DNA of 64,000 nucleotides. It comes from Acidimicrobiales bacterium (GTDB lineage Bacteria > Actinomycetota > Acidimicrobiia > Acidimicrobiales > SZUA-35). This document shows, piece after piece, positions 26,470 to 35,608 of this stretch. Positions within the stretch are counted from its first letter, which is position 1, and each line of letters opens with the position of its first letter. The DNA is taken from the NCBI GenBank assembly GCA_020628305.1, contig JAHDFH010000003.1, positions 22,033-86,032 of the forward strand, in the 5' to 3' direction. A model generated the notes under the pieces. That model was not told the DNA's origin and searched no databases. It was given only the letters and a program-made list of their open reading frames with translations. A program made the position numbers and the translations under genes.

Positions 26470-28071
26470 GTGATAAACTCGAATACGGCGGGTAAAGGTG
26501 TTCTAATGGCTACAAGAGCAATCAACAAGATTAATAGGCTCTTCAGACCGCAGCTTGCCATTGATCTAGCCCTAGTTTCCATGATTTGGGGAACAGTGGT
26601 AATGGCTTCTCGCATCACGATAAGGCCTGTTGAGCAGTCGCTATCGTTTGCAGTTGCCGCTATAGCAGCAACCATGTGGATGTTCCGACGCAAAGGTCTT
26701 TACTCAACAGCTCCGGCTCTGCCACGAACCGAAGAGATCGCTCGAGTCTTTATTGGTGTTTTGACTGGCGCAGCTGCTGTAACAATTTTTGCTTCATTCT
26801 CAGACTGGCCTTTGGGAGCCGCTGAAATCCTCATCGCTTCTGTGACTCTTTTTGCACTTCGAATGCTCACCAAAGGTCTTATCAATTCGCTTAGCTCCGA
26901 ATTCGCGCCGAAGCTGTCTTCGCAACGAGTAGTGATCGTCGGGGCAGGTATCGAAGCCCAAGAAATAGTACAGCTGATAAGTGACCATCCTGAAATCAAG
27001 CTCAATTTCTGCGGAATCATCGGGAACCTCGCTGTAGCTGAACAGCACGGACTTGCAGATCAGTGGATTGGACCTACTGACCGAATGATTGATATTCTCG
27101 AACGATGCGAGATTGACTCAGCCATCATCACCACGACAGGGTTCCGCGGTGAGAGATTCAAGCAACTTAGCCAAGAGCTTTTTTCAGCAGGCTATGACGT
27201 GCATCTAACTACTGGTGTAGGACGACTCTGGGAGGGGCGCTTCGAATTCAAGTCGCTAGTGCACGAGCCGTTCATTAGCATCGGACGCAATCAGCCTCCC
27301 AGCTGGCAGGTAAGAGCAAAACGGGCCCTAGATGTGATCGGTGCAGTGAGCGCTTTGCTGCTTGCTAGCCCTGTTCTGCTTGCCGCAGCTCTAGCTATCT
27401 ACGCTAGTGACCGTGGGCCGGTCTTGTACTCTTCACGCCGAATTGGCATGGACTCGCAAGAGTTCAAAATGTACAAGTTTCGATCGATGGTCATGAACGC
27501 TGAGGCGTTGAAAGAGGATATGGAAGGCGACAATGAGCGATCCGGGCCGCTCTTTAAAGTCTCTCACGATCCACGAATTACTAAAGTCGGAAGGTTCCTA
27601 AGAGAGACTTCAATAGACGAGCTACCCCAACTCATCAATGTATTGCTCGGCGATATGTCCCTTGTAGGCCCAAGACCTGCCTTACCTGAAGAAACACTCG
27701 CTTTTGATGCCGAGTTGCAACGCCGTACCGAAGTTAGACCAGGGATCACGGGCCTTTGGCAAGTTGAAGCTAGGTCAAACGCTTCATTCAATGCATACAG
27801 ACGCCTAGATTTGCATTACGTAGAGAACTGGAACTTCTGGCTCGACATCCGGATACTTTTGGCTACCGCAGAACAAGTAGGAGTCTCACTTGCAATGATC
27901 CCGTTCAAACGGGTCTTCGGAACAAAAGTGTCTAATGATTCAATCGATGCAACACAACGGTCACACATTGAGCTCGTTGAACCATTCACATTCGAAGACG
28001 TAATCGACTTAACAACTAAGGACTCCAGCGATGCTAGCGATCCTGATGCTGTATCGCCAACAACACGCTAA
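26470..28071 (+). CDS. polyprenyl-phosphate glycosyl-1-phosphate transferase (WbaP/EPS initiating sugar transferase)
   Basis: It has N-terminal TM helices and a central Rossmann-like segment (VVIVGAGIEAQEIV). The C-terminal bacterial sugar-transferase domain has KFRSM, DELPQL.NVL.G.MSLVGPRP and RPGITGLWQV. The true start may be ATG 26506. Confidence 0.88.
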   Translation: MINSNTAGKGVLMATRAINKINRLFRPQLAIDLALVSMIWGTVVMASRITIRPVEQSLSFAVAAIAATMWMFRRKGLYSTAPALPRTEEIARVFIGVLTGAAAVTIFASFSDWPLGAAEILIASVTLFALRMLTKGLINSLSSEFAPKLSSQRVVIVGAGIEAQEIVQLISDHPEIKLNFCGIIGNLAVAEQHGLADQWIGPTDRMIDILERCEIDSAIITTTGFRGERFKQLSQELFSAGYDVHLTTGVGRLWEGRFEFKSLVHEPFISIGRNQPPSWQVRAKRALDVIGAVSALLLASPVLLAAALAIYASDRGPVLYSSRRIGMDSQEFKMYKFRSMVMNAEALKEDMEGDNERSGPLFKVSHDPRITKVGRFLRETSIDELPQLINVLLGDMSLVGPRPALPEETLAFDAELQRRTEVRPGITGLWQVEARSNASFNAYRRLDLHYVENWNFWLDIRILLATAEQVGVSLAMIPFKRVFGTKVSNDSIDATQRSHIELVEPFTFEDVIDLTTKDSSDASDPDAVSPTTR

Positions 28072-28124
28072 GGACTTCTACACAGCTCCCCCAAGCACAG
28101 GCGAGTATCAACTAACATAGCGTC

Positions 28125-29678
28125 ATGGCTTTGAGCACCACGCGTATAGTTAAGGCTTGGATCGTGGAGCTACTCAATAGCTGGATGATTGCATCGGCTT
28201 TGATCGTTCTCGCCGCCATCGCTGGGCTTTACAGTGCCATGTCTGCCAGTCCTCTTTACTCTTCGACAGCGGCTGTTGGTTTGCAAGCTATCGAGGAATT
28301 GAATGAGTCTGAAGCGAACCCAGACGCACTTTTGGCTTCTGAGTTAGCCGAAGCTACTGCTTCTGACATTGTTGACATAGTGACCAGCTCAACAGGACGA
28401 GAAATAGAAGTTTCCATCTCGTTAGACACAGACACCGAGAGCACGATCGAGTTCACTTCTGTTTCGCCCACACCTGAACTAGCAGCAGACGATGCTAACG
28501 CAGTTGCCGAAACCTACGCTGAGAGCAGGGTCCAACGCACTCGTTCGGCCCTCGAAGAGTCCCTTGCGCTTCTTGAAGTTAATAGAACCGCTCTGACGTC
28601 CTCTGCTGGCCTAGACGAAGCGGTCAATGCAACTGATATAACAGCTTCGGCTGCTCAACTCGCAGAGCTAAACGTTTTGAACGAGCGCATAGTCGATATC
28701 GAATTAGCTCTGAATTCAGCTGAATCTGCTGCCAGGACTGTGAGACCCGCAAAATCGCCCTCCGAGCCAAATTCAAACGATCTATTCACCAACACATTTT
28801 TGGGTGCTTTGATTGGTTTTGGGCTGGCAGCACTCTATGCACTCGCCCGCTCAATAACAAGCCAAGTTATACGATCACCTCGCGATATCGAAGACTTTGC
28901 TCTTCCGTTTCTTGGTGTTATGCCACTAGTCAAAGCAGAGTCTCAGATTTTCCTCGGCAACACTAGCTTGCCCGAAGCAGAAGCTGCGATATCACGGCTG
29001 CGTCTGGGACTAGAGCGCAGAAACCAGCTGGGGGGAACTAGCCAGGTGCTCTTCACCAGTCCGACTAGTTGGGGCGGAACCTCAACAGTTGCTGGCAACC
29101 TTGCAGCTGAACTGGGACGAGCACGCCGCAAAACCATCTTGCTTGATGGAGCTTTCCGCCGTCCTGACCTCCACAACGTCTTTGGTATTGCCCAAACCCC
29201 CGGCATAACAGACCACATCAACCAAGGTGTTTCTCTAGCTCAAGTTGCTCAGCGTGCTGAGGGGCTTTCTAACAGCCTGATAATTCTTCCTGGAGGGTCC
29301 GACCTTGAATCCCCCCAGGATTTGTTGTTGTCTGAGCGTCTAGAGGCATTCTTCAAAGGTCTGGTCCAGCAAGCAGACTGGGTGGTAATGGATGCTCCCC
29401 CCGTTCTAGGCCATACCGATACTCTAGTCCATGCAAAACACGGTTTCTCGGTTGTACTGCTTGTCCGTGTTGGTACCACTAAACGGGGCGATTTGAGAGA
29501 AGCGGTTGACGCTCTTCACTCAGTTGGGGCTGACATACTTGGACTGTACGTTGTCGGTGACCGCCCGGAGCAATGGCAAGAGTTGATGGGCATATCAGCC
29601 ATCGATCTAACAGCCCAAAGTGATCTTGCGACGGAGAAGAGTTTCTGGGGCGAAATCAACTCCAAAGTTTCCAGCTAG
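28125..29678 (+). CDS. Wzz-type chain-length determinant fused to a BY-kinase-like P-loop domain with degenerate Walker A
   Basis: Architecture is TM1, an extracytoplasmic coiled region, TM2, then a CapB/CpsD-like domain. Walker A reads TSPTSWGGTST (Thr where the invariant Lys is expected). Walker A' reads ILLDGAFRRP (second Asp lost). Walker B VVMDAPP is present. There is no C-terminal Tyr cluster. Confidence 0.75.
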   Translation: MALSTTRIVKAWIVELLNSWMIASALIVLAAIAGLYSAMSASPLYSSTAAVGLQAIEELNESEANPDALLASELAEATASDIVDIVTSSTGREIEVSISLDTDTESTIEFTSVSPTPELAADDANAVAETYAESRVQRTRSALEESLALLEVNRTALTSSAGLDEAVNATDITASAAQLAELNVLNERIVDIELALNSAESAARTVRPAKSPSEPNSNDLFTNTFLGALIGFGLAALYALARSITSQVIRSPRDIEDFALPFLGVMPLVKAESQIFLGNTSLPEAEAAISRLRLGLERRNQLGGTSQVLFTSPTSWGGTSTVAGNLAAELGRARRKTILLDGAFRRPDLHNVFGIAQTPGITDHINQGVSLAQVAQRAEGLSNSLIILPGGSDLESPQDLLLSERLEAFFKGLVQQADWVVMDAPPVLGHTDTLVHAKHGFSVVLLVRVGTTKRGDLREAVDALHSVGADILGLYVVGDRPEQWQELMGISAIDLTAQSDLATEKSFWGEINSKVSS

Positions 29679-30450
29679 CTTCACCCGCTGCCCATAGACG
29701 GTTTAGCTCTGCATACTCCCGATATGTGTCCATTCCCATCCAGAACCCTCGGTGGCGGAACATTCCCAATTTGCCGTCTGCTGCCAGCTTACTCAATGGC
29801 CCGTGCTCAAAGAAGTGGGAAGGATCGTCGCTGTCAAGATAGTGCAGGAACTCCTTTTTGAAGGCGAAAAAGCCTCCTGATACCCAGCTTTGTGAAGGGA
29901 TTTTCTCTGCAAAATCTGTGACCATATCACCAACGACTTCAAGTTCGCCGTAACGGCTGGTCGGATTGACACCACAGACCAAACCGCTGTAATCGGAGTT
30001 GATGAGCATATCGAGCTCAACGGTAACATCTATATCGCCAAGACCGTCTCCATAACTGCACATAAAGTATTCCGTATCCAGGAACTTGGCAACTTTACTG
30101 AGCCGGCCACCAGTGCCAGAATCCAGGCCCGTCTCGGCCAACGTGACCTCCCAGTCATCTTCTGGGCTTACGCCAAGCTGGGTAACGAGCCCACTAGCTG
30201 TGTTTACCACAACATCACTTGTGGCTGCTTGGTAAGTCAGAAAAAATTCTTTGATATCCCAACCCTTATAGCCAAGGCACAGAATGAAACGTCGAAATCC
30301 GAACGATGAATAGAGTTTCATAATGTGCCATACGATGGGCTTAGAGCCAATCGGCACCATTGGCTTGGGAATATTGTCGGCAACATCCCTTATCCTCATC
30401 CCCTTACCACCACAAAAAATAACTACAGGGATGTCGGCGACGGATATCAT
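29656..30450 (-). CDS. rfbF: glucose-1-phosphate cytidylyltransferase
   Basis: It has VVIFCGGKGMRIRD....PKPMVPIG.KPI.WHIMK.YS..G...FILCLGYKG..IKEFF, characteristic of RfbF/DdhA. Confidence 0.85.
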   Translation of the reverse strand: MISVADIPVVIFCGGKGMRIRDVADNIPKPMVPIGSKPIVWHIMKLYSSFGFRRFILCLGYKGWDIKEFFLTYQAATSDVVVNTASGLVTQLGVSPEDDWEVTLAETGLDSGTGGRLSKVAKFLDTEYFMCSYGDGLGDIDVTVELDMLINSDYSGLVCGVNPTSRYGELEVVGDMVTDFAEKIPSQSWVSGGFFAFKKEFLHYLDSDDPSHFFEHGPLSKLAADGKLGMFRHRGFWMGMDTYREYAELNRLWAAGEASWKLWS

Positions 30451-30453
30451 GGG

Positions 30454-32013
30454 CTACACCAACTGCTCAGAGCTCTGAGACGTTACCGCAGAGAGGTCGA
30501 TCTGAGGCTTGGTGCGGCCAGCACCTGCTTTAGCCGGGATCGTGATGACTGGCAGCAGCTTGTCTGTTACCTGGCTAAGCTGGCGACCCAGGTCCTGAAG
30601 CTCATGTACTTTCTGACGAGAGATCGGTGTAGCAAGAACCACTGCGTCTGCGAGGCGGGTTAGCTGAATAGTGGAGGCCAGATCGAGCGCAGGGCCCCCA
30701 TCAACGACAATGACTTGTGCTTTTCGGGCTGCCGCTTCGATGATATTGGCCACGTTATCTCGCTTGAGTGTGGACATCCTGTTGGAAGCGCCCAATCCCA
30801 AAACGCTAACTCGAGGGTCCATTGTTTTGGTGAAGACGGTGAAACCTTGCTTGTCAACCAACGCTCCATCGTTGGCGAGTACTGCTGGAATGCCGCCATT
30901 GCGTTCGCCGTTGAACACTTCAGTAACTGCTGGATCTCTAACGTCGGCATCTACAAGCACTACCGCCGATCCGGATGTCGCAAACCTCTCAGCCATGGCG
31001 AGTGCCAAAGTACTTGCGCCGGCGCCACGCTGAGTACCTACAACGGCAACGACAAGCTTTCCTTGGAGCTTAGCCTTGGCCTCAGAACGTACACATAGCT
31101 GATCTATTACCGGGACCGCAGACCTTGGCAATGCTCTAAAGGCGGCTAGCATGTTGCGAGCAAGTGAGCGGTAGTGGGGCATCTCCGCCACAACTGGGGT
31201 GCCTAAGAGCTCTCCTACCGAGAGTTCGTCGAGTACCTTGGTTGAGAATCTTGCCCAAGCCAATGCTGCAAGCAGCCCCAACATTGCGCCGCTTATGAGT
31301 CCACCCAGAATGAATAGTTCAGACCCAGTTCTGATCGGATCCGCCTTTACAGCCTCTTCAAAGATTCGGCTATTCGCAGGAACACTGAGTGCCGCTAGCC
31401 GCTCTTCTCTCGAAGATATTTCAGCAATCAGGCGGGTGCGCTCAAAATCAAGGTCGGGCGCTGCAACAGAAAGGTTGGCTTCGTTTGCGGCTACCGTTCT
31501 GTCAATTTGGTCATTTACTTCAGCTATTTGTTCGAACAGTCCAACCGAATTGGGATCATCAGGGTCTCCATAAAGTTCGTTATTGATCTTTGTTGTTTCG
31601 GCCTGGTTGAGGCTATCTTCCTCAATCGTCTCAAGGTAGTTCTGAGCATAAGCGTTTGCCAGCTGAATCGGAATCTCTTTATTTGGATGAGTAGCAGTTA
31701 TTAGCACAGCATCAGTTTCCGGCTTCTGCTCGATACTTATTGCATCGGCGACTTCATCAAAGGTCAAGACATCAAATTCATCAGCGGTTTGTCTGATAAA
31801 GCGGCTACTTGAAATAACATCTAGCTCAGTGGCTAGATACCGTTCTGGGTCTTGGTTATCCCCCACTGGCTGCCTGACGACAAGACCGACCGAAGACTCA
31901 TAGCTGATGTCACTTGGAGCTACGGCCAACCCAAGGATGAATCCTGCCATTGCAAAGAGCGCAATTATCCAAAATCGACGCTTCAGAGCTGAGATAACAA
32001 ATGAAAGTTCCAT
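30454..32013 (-). CDS. second Wzz/BY-kinase-like protein with degenerate Walker A
   Basis: It has the same architecture as 28125..29678. Walker A reads VVGTQRGAGAST (Ala where Lys is expected). Walker A' VLVDADVRDP and Walker B VIVVDGGP are retained. There is no C-terminal Tyr cluster. Confidence 0.72.
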   Translation of the reverse strand: MELSFVISALKRRFWIIALFAMAGFILGLAVAPSDISYESSVGLVVRQPVGDNQDPERYLATELDVISSSRFIRQTADEFDVLTFDEVADAISIEQKPETDAVLITATHPNKEIPIQLANAYAQNYLETIEEDSLNQAETTKINNELYGDPDDPNSVGLFEQIAEVNDQIDRTVAANEANLSVAAPDLDFERTRLIAEISSREERLAALSVPANSRIFEEAVKADPIRTGSELFILGGLISGAMLGLLAALAWARFSTKVLDELSVGELLGTPVVAEMPHYRSLARNMLAAFRALPRSAVPVIDQLCVRSEAKAKLQGKLVVAVVGTQRGAGASTLALAMAERFATSGSAVVLVDADVRDPAVTEVFNGERNGGIPAVLANDGALVDKQGFTVFTKTMDPRVSVLGLGASNRMSTLKRDNVANIIEAAARKAQVIVVDGGPALDLASTIQLTRLADAVVLATPISRQKVHELQDLGRQLSQVTDKLLPVITIPAKAGAGRTKPQIDLSAVTSQSSEQLV

Positions 32014-32043
32014 AAATTTCCTTCGTCTGGCTGGCTGCCAAGA

Positions 32044-32931
32044 CTATTTACCCTCACGACGCTGTTGCAATAATCCGTATACCCGACCTAGTGCTATTGC
32101 TCCCCTCCTAGCGTAGTGGAATATCGACAAATGCTCTACTTGTTGGCCATTTGGCTTTAATTTCTTGAAGAAGTTATCGCCCTGCGAGCCCTGCTGAGAT
32201 GGGTTCTCGTATTTTGAGATAACTTCGCTGAATCCCCTGCCATACATAAAGTGCTGTTGAAGAAACTTCCATAACCCTTTACGGTGTCGGTAGTAAACGA
32301 TAGCTTGTGGAACGTATCTGAGCTCAACTCCGTTGTTTTGCAACTGCCAACCAAAAGCAATGTCCTCACAACGGGTTAAGGATGTGTCAAACCCGCCTAC
32401 TTTTTCGAATTGCTTGGCGTGCAGAGCCATGTTCCCTGATAGAAGGTACTTTGCCCCCATAAACGTCGGAAGTTCGCCTGGAGTTGCCTGCGGCCTCCAT
32501 TTTCCTTGTCCAGCGATGCCGAGTTTAGTCTCATCTAAGTATCCGCTGCATGCCATTTCTGGAGACGAGACTACGGCGTTGTAAAGCTCGGCCAACCAAT
32601 CTGGATGCGCTAGATCATCGCTATCAATGAAAGCAATAATCTCTGAGGACACCTCGGAAGCTCCTGCGTTGCGTGTGTAAGCCGCTCCTTTTCCGCTATC
32701 GGCGACGACGATCTTGGTGTCAGCAAGATCAGAATCTGCTAAGACTTGAATCAGCTGTTTATGAACGCTTGACGATTGCGAGTTAAGGCTTACAACTAGC
32801 TCCCAAGACTTATCAAATCTCTGATTCTCTAGGGAAGCGAGAGTAGCCATAAATTCATTGTCGACTTCGACCGCTGGCATCACGACTGAAACTGCGGGGG
32901 TTGGAGGATGTTGGCCTTCTTTATCTGTCAC
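32044..32931 (-). CDS. family 2 glycosyltransferase
   Basis: It has the GT-A N-terminus VSVVMP......F...L.SL.NQ, the IAFIDSDD (DxD) motif, and a C-terminal QxxRW-like region. Confidence 0.8.
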   Translation of the reverse strand: MTDKEGQHPPTPAVSVVMPAVEVDNEFMATLASLENQRFDKSWELVVSLNSQSSSVHKQLIQVLADSDLADTKIVVADSGKGAAYTRNAGASEVSSEIIAFIDSDDLAHPDWLAELYNAVVSSPEMACSGYLDETKLGIAGQGKWRPQATPGELPTFMGAKYLLSGNMALHAKQFEKVGGFDTSLTRCEDIAFGWQLQNNGVELRYVPQAIVYYRHRKGLWKFLQQHFMYGRGFSEVISKYENPSQQGSQGDNFFKKLKPNGQQVEHLSIFHYARRGAIALGRVYGLLQQRREGK

Positions 32932-34274
32932 GAGTTGGTTTCCCTTAATGTAGAGCCGTCCCTCAGCTTTTGGTAGTAGACAAGTGAGATCCAGCTAACT
33001 ACTACCAAAATCGCTTCCGATATTAATGTACCGGCGACCGCACCTTTCCATCCCCAGAGGGGCACTAGAACAATATATGCGCCTAGCGAAAAACCAGCTG
33101 AAGCTAGGAAAAGATATCCACGCTCTTTTGCTCGACCCAGCCCTATCAGGCCGTTCATTGGGGTCCCCGAAAGCGCCATTAAAGGGATAAAGGGTAATAG
33201 CCACGGCACCATGCTTTTAGCCTCAATGAACTCTTCATCGAACAGAAAATCCAGGAGCGGTAAAGATAGATAAATCACAAAGGTCACGATGAGTGAACAA
33301 CCAAACATCAATGCTGTGAACCTAACGCTACGCCTCATGTGAAGCCCTGCATCGCTTTCGTCGTCTGGAAGAAACCTCTGGAATGCGGCAGAATCGAGTG
33401 CCAACAGTGGAGTCATTCCCAACGATACAACCCGATAAGCTGCTCCATAGAGACCAGATTCTGCCACGAGGTTGTATGCGTTGAGCACTACTTTGTCGGA
33501 TCCAGCTTGCACGCTACTTGCAGCTGTAGGTAGCGCAAAAGTCAAAGAGTGGTTGAAAGCTTCTCGGGTATTTCTCTGTCTGCGATAGTTTAGCCCTCTT
33601 CTAGGACCATCTTTTTTCAGCAGCCAAAGAGAATATGCGCCATAGCCCAAGCACTGGCCAACAGCAAGGTTGAGTACCGTCAGCGACTCGAAGCGTTCAA
33701 CTCCTACGGGTATAGATTCGATAAATGAATACCGCTCAGCTAGCCTGAGATCAAGCGCTACTAGGGGCACCATAATCAGTGCTCTTACGGCGACAAGACC
33801 TAATCTCATCCGTTTCATAACTGCGAAGCCAAAGCCTGCTTGAACTACTGATGAGTAGATGTAGACAACTGTCACCGCAATCAGCTCGCCTGCAAATATG
33901 AAGACTGTCTCCCACAAACTGATCCCGCTGACGACAAGCGAGGATAGGCCAACTCCGATCAAGAAGCTGCCTACCGCCGCCAAGAGCGCCACTGACAGAT
34001 AGGCATTCAAGGTTTCTGAAGCGGGCCGCTTGTCTCTTAGCAAGGCCGTCAGCGCTGCAAGCGCAGGACCAGAAAACACCAGAGCCCCCAGTGGTGCTGC
34101 GATGGCGTACGCGGAGATGTAGCCGCCATATTCGGCCGGACTTAGAACACGCTGCAACATTAAGAAAGAAAACAGAGTGAACGCCATTTTTACTATTTCA
34201 GAAGAGATCGCCCACAGCGTGTCCGCAGCAAGTTTGTCGGAGGCGTGCCATACCCAGTTGATAATTCTTCCCAC
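32928..34274 (-). CDS. polysaccharide flippase (Wzx/MOP superfamily)
   Basis: 448 aa with about 12-14 TM helices. It lies in the polysaccharide locus and overlaps the GT2 start by 4 nt. Confidence 0.7.
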   Translation of the reverse strand: MGRIINWVWHASDKLAADTLWAISSEIVKMAFTLFSFLMLQRVLSPAEYGGYISAYAIAAPLGALVFSGPALAALTALLRDKRPASETLNAYLSVALLAAVGSFLIGVGLSSLVVSGISLWETVFIFAGELIAVTVVYIYSSVVQAGFGFAVMKRMRLGLVAVRALIMVPLVALDLRLAERYSFIESIPVGVERFESLTVLNLAVGQCLGYGAYSLWLLKKDGPRRGLNYRRQRNTREAFNHSLTFALPTAASSVQAGSDKVVLNAYNLVAESGLYGAAYRVVSLGMTPLLALDSAAFQRFLPDDESDAGLHMRRSVRFTALMFGCSLIVTFVIYLSLPLLDFLFDEEFIEAKSMVPWLLPFIPLMALSGTPMNGLIGLGRAKERGYLFLASAGFSLGAYIVLVPLWGWKGAVAGTLISEAILVVVSWISLVYYQKLRDGSTLRETNS

Positions 34275-35564
34275 TTACTGGGACCCTGCAACTCGTTTGT
34301 ATGCTGATCTGTCTCGATCTGCTTTCAGGCGCATTAAAACGACCTTCATAATCAAGATGAATGACAGCCAGCCGCTGAGGTACATGGCTTCAGAAATGCT
34401 CATATAGATCATCGCAACTGAGATAGCCAATATCCAGACAGCCCACTCCGAGTTATGCTTAATCTCAGACCACGCAGCCCCTACTGTGCCCAACAGAATC
34501 AAGATAAATACTGCAGCACCGACAATTCCGAGTTGCAAAGTGACATCTAGCAGGCCGTTGTGAGGGTGATAAGCATCAAAGCCCACGGCTCGCCAAAATT
34601 GAATGGTTTCTTGGCTATGCACACCCCCAACAGGGCTAAACAAGCCACCCAGCCCGTAGCCCTGTAAGGGGCGTTCGGAGATGAACTGGACTGTCGTTGA
34701 CCAAATATCTGTCCTCCCGCTGAACGACATATCTTTCCCGCTAGCGCTAACGACTAGACCAAGAGAGGCGAAGATAGCAGCGATGAAAAAACTTGCCATT
34801 GCAAGAGTTGATGCGACCAAGAAAGAACGGCTCCTCGTGTCGCTGCCTGCCACCATTTTGAGCCAAATGTAAACGCAAAGAGCTACAAGCGCACCTGAAA
34901 TGCCTGTGATTGAAGTCGACAGTACTAGCAGCGCTGAAATGGAACCGATCATCAACCATTTGACTAGGCGCTGTGTTTCGAACACAAGCACCGAGATCAA
35001 TGACAACACAAGCACCGGGCTCAAACTATTCTTATGGCTAAAAAATCCGTGCCAGCCTGGGTATGTTCCGTCTACGAAACCGTCGTCGATATGTATTCTA
35101 GTCTCGGGAAAAATCGCCACCGCTAATAAAGTCGAACCAACTACTACACGGGCGAGCCACAGCATCGAAGATTTGATATCTGAGTAGCTCAACACAGATG
35201 CAAGAACGTAACTCGTCAAGAAACCCGGAATGGTCTGCAATAGATCGAATCTTGTGGCGCTCGGAGATAACGACCAGCCGTAAGAGAACAACATCCAGAC
35301 AAAAAATATAACTACTGAAAGAGATATCGGAGCTTTCAACAAAATTGGACTTGGGATCAAACTAGTAACAAAAAGCGTTGCTATGAACAACACAACGTGC
35401 ACCTCTGGCCGGTTCAGCTCGAGAAACGGTAACCCTGAAACTGCCCCAATTCCAATAGCTAATGACACTACGAGTAGTGTTTTACACAGCCATCTCGCCA
35501 CTGGTCCAATTTCTGATGCGTCGAGGTACCCAACCGAAGTACTTCTGGGAGACAATAACATCAC
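34275..35564 (-). CDS. O-antigen ligase/polymerase-like (Wzy_C) membrane protein
   Basis: 429 aa, polytopic, with a large loop containing SGRTDIW......I.E.P..G.G.G and H..HN, typical of Wzy/WaaL-family proteins. Confidence 0.7.
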   Translation of the reverse strand: MMLLSPRSTSVGYLDASEIGPVARWLCKTLLVVSLAIGIGAVSGLPFLELNRPEVHVVLFIATLFVTSLIPSPILLKAPISLSVVIFFVWMLFSYGWSLSPSATRFDLLQTIPGFLTSYVLASVLSYSDIKSSMLWLARVVVGSTLLAVAIFPETRIHIDDGFVDGTYPGWHGFFSHKNSLSPVLVLSLISVLVFETQRLVKWLMIGSISALLVLSTSITGISGALVALCVYIWLKMVAGSDTRSRSFLVASTLAMASFFIAAIFASLGLVVSASGKDMSFSGRTDIWSTTVQFISERPLQGYGLGGLFSPVGGVHSQETIQFWRAVGFDAYHPHNGLLDVTLQLGIVGAAVFILILLGTVGAAWSEIKHNSEWAVWILAISVAMIYMSISEAMYLSGWLSFILIMKVVLMRLKADRDRSAYKRVAGSQ

Positions 35565-35608
35565 TTAAGGTCCTTAGATAGTGCCAGTGCAAGCCTACTT
35601 GGAGCGGC

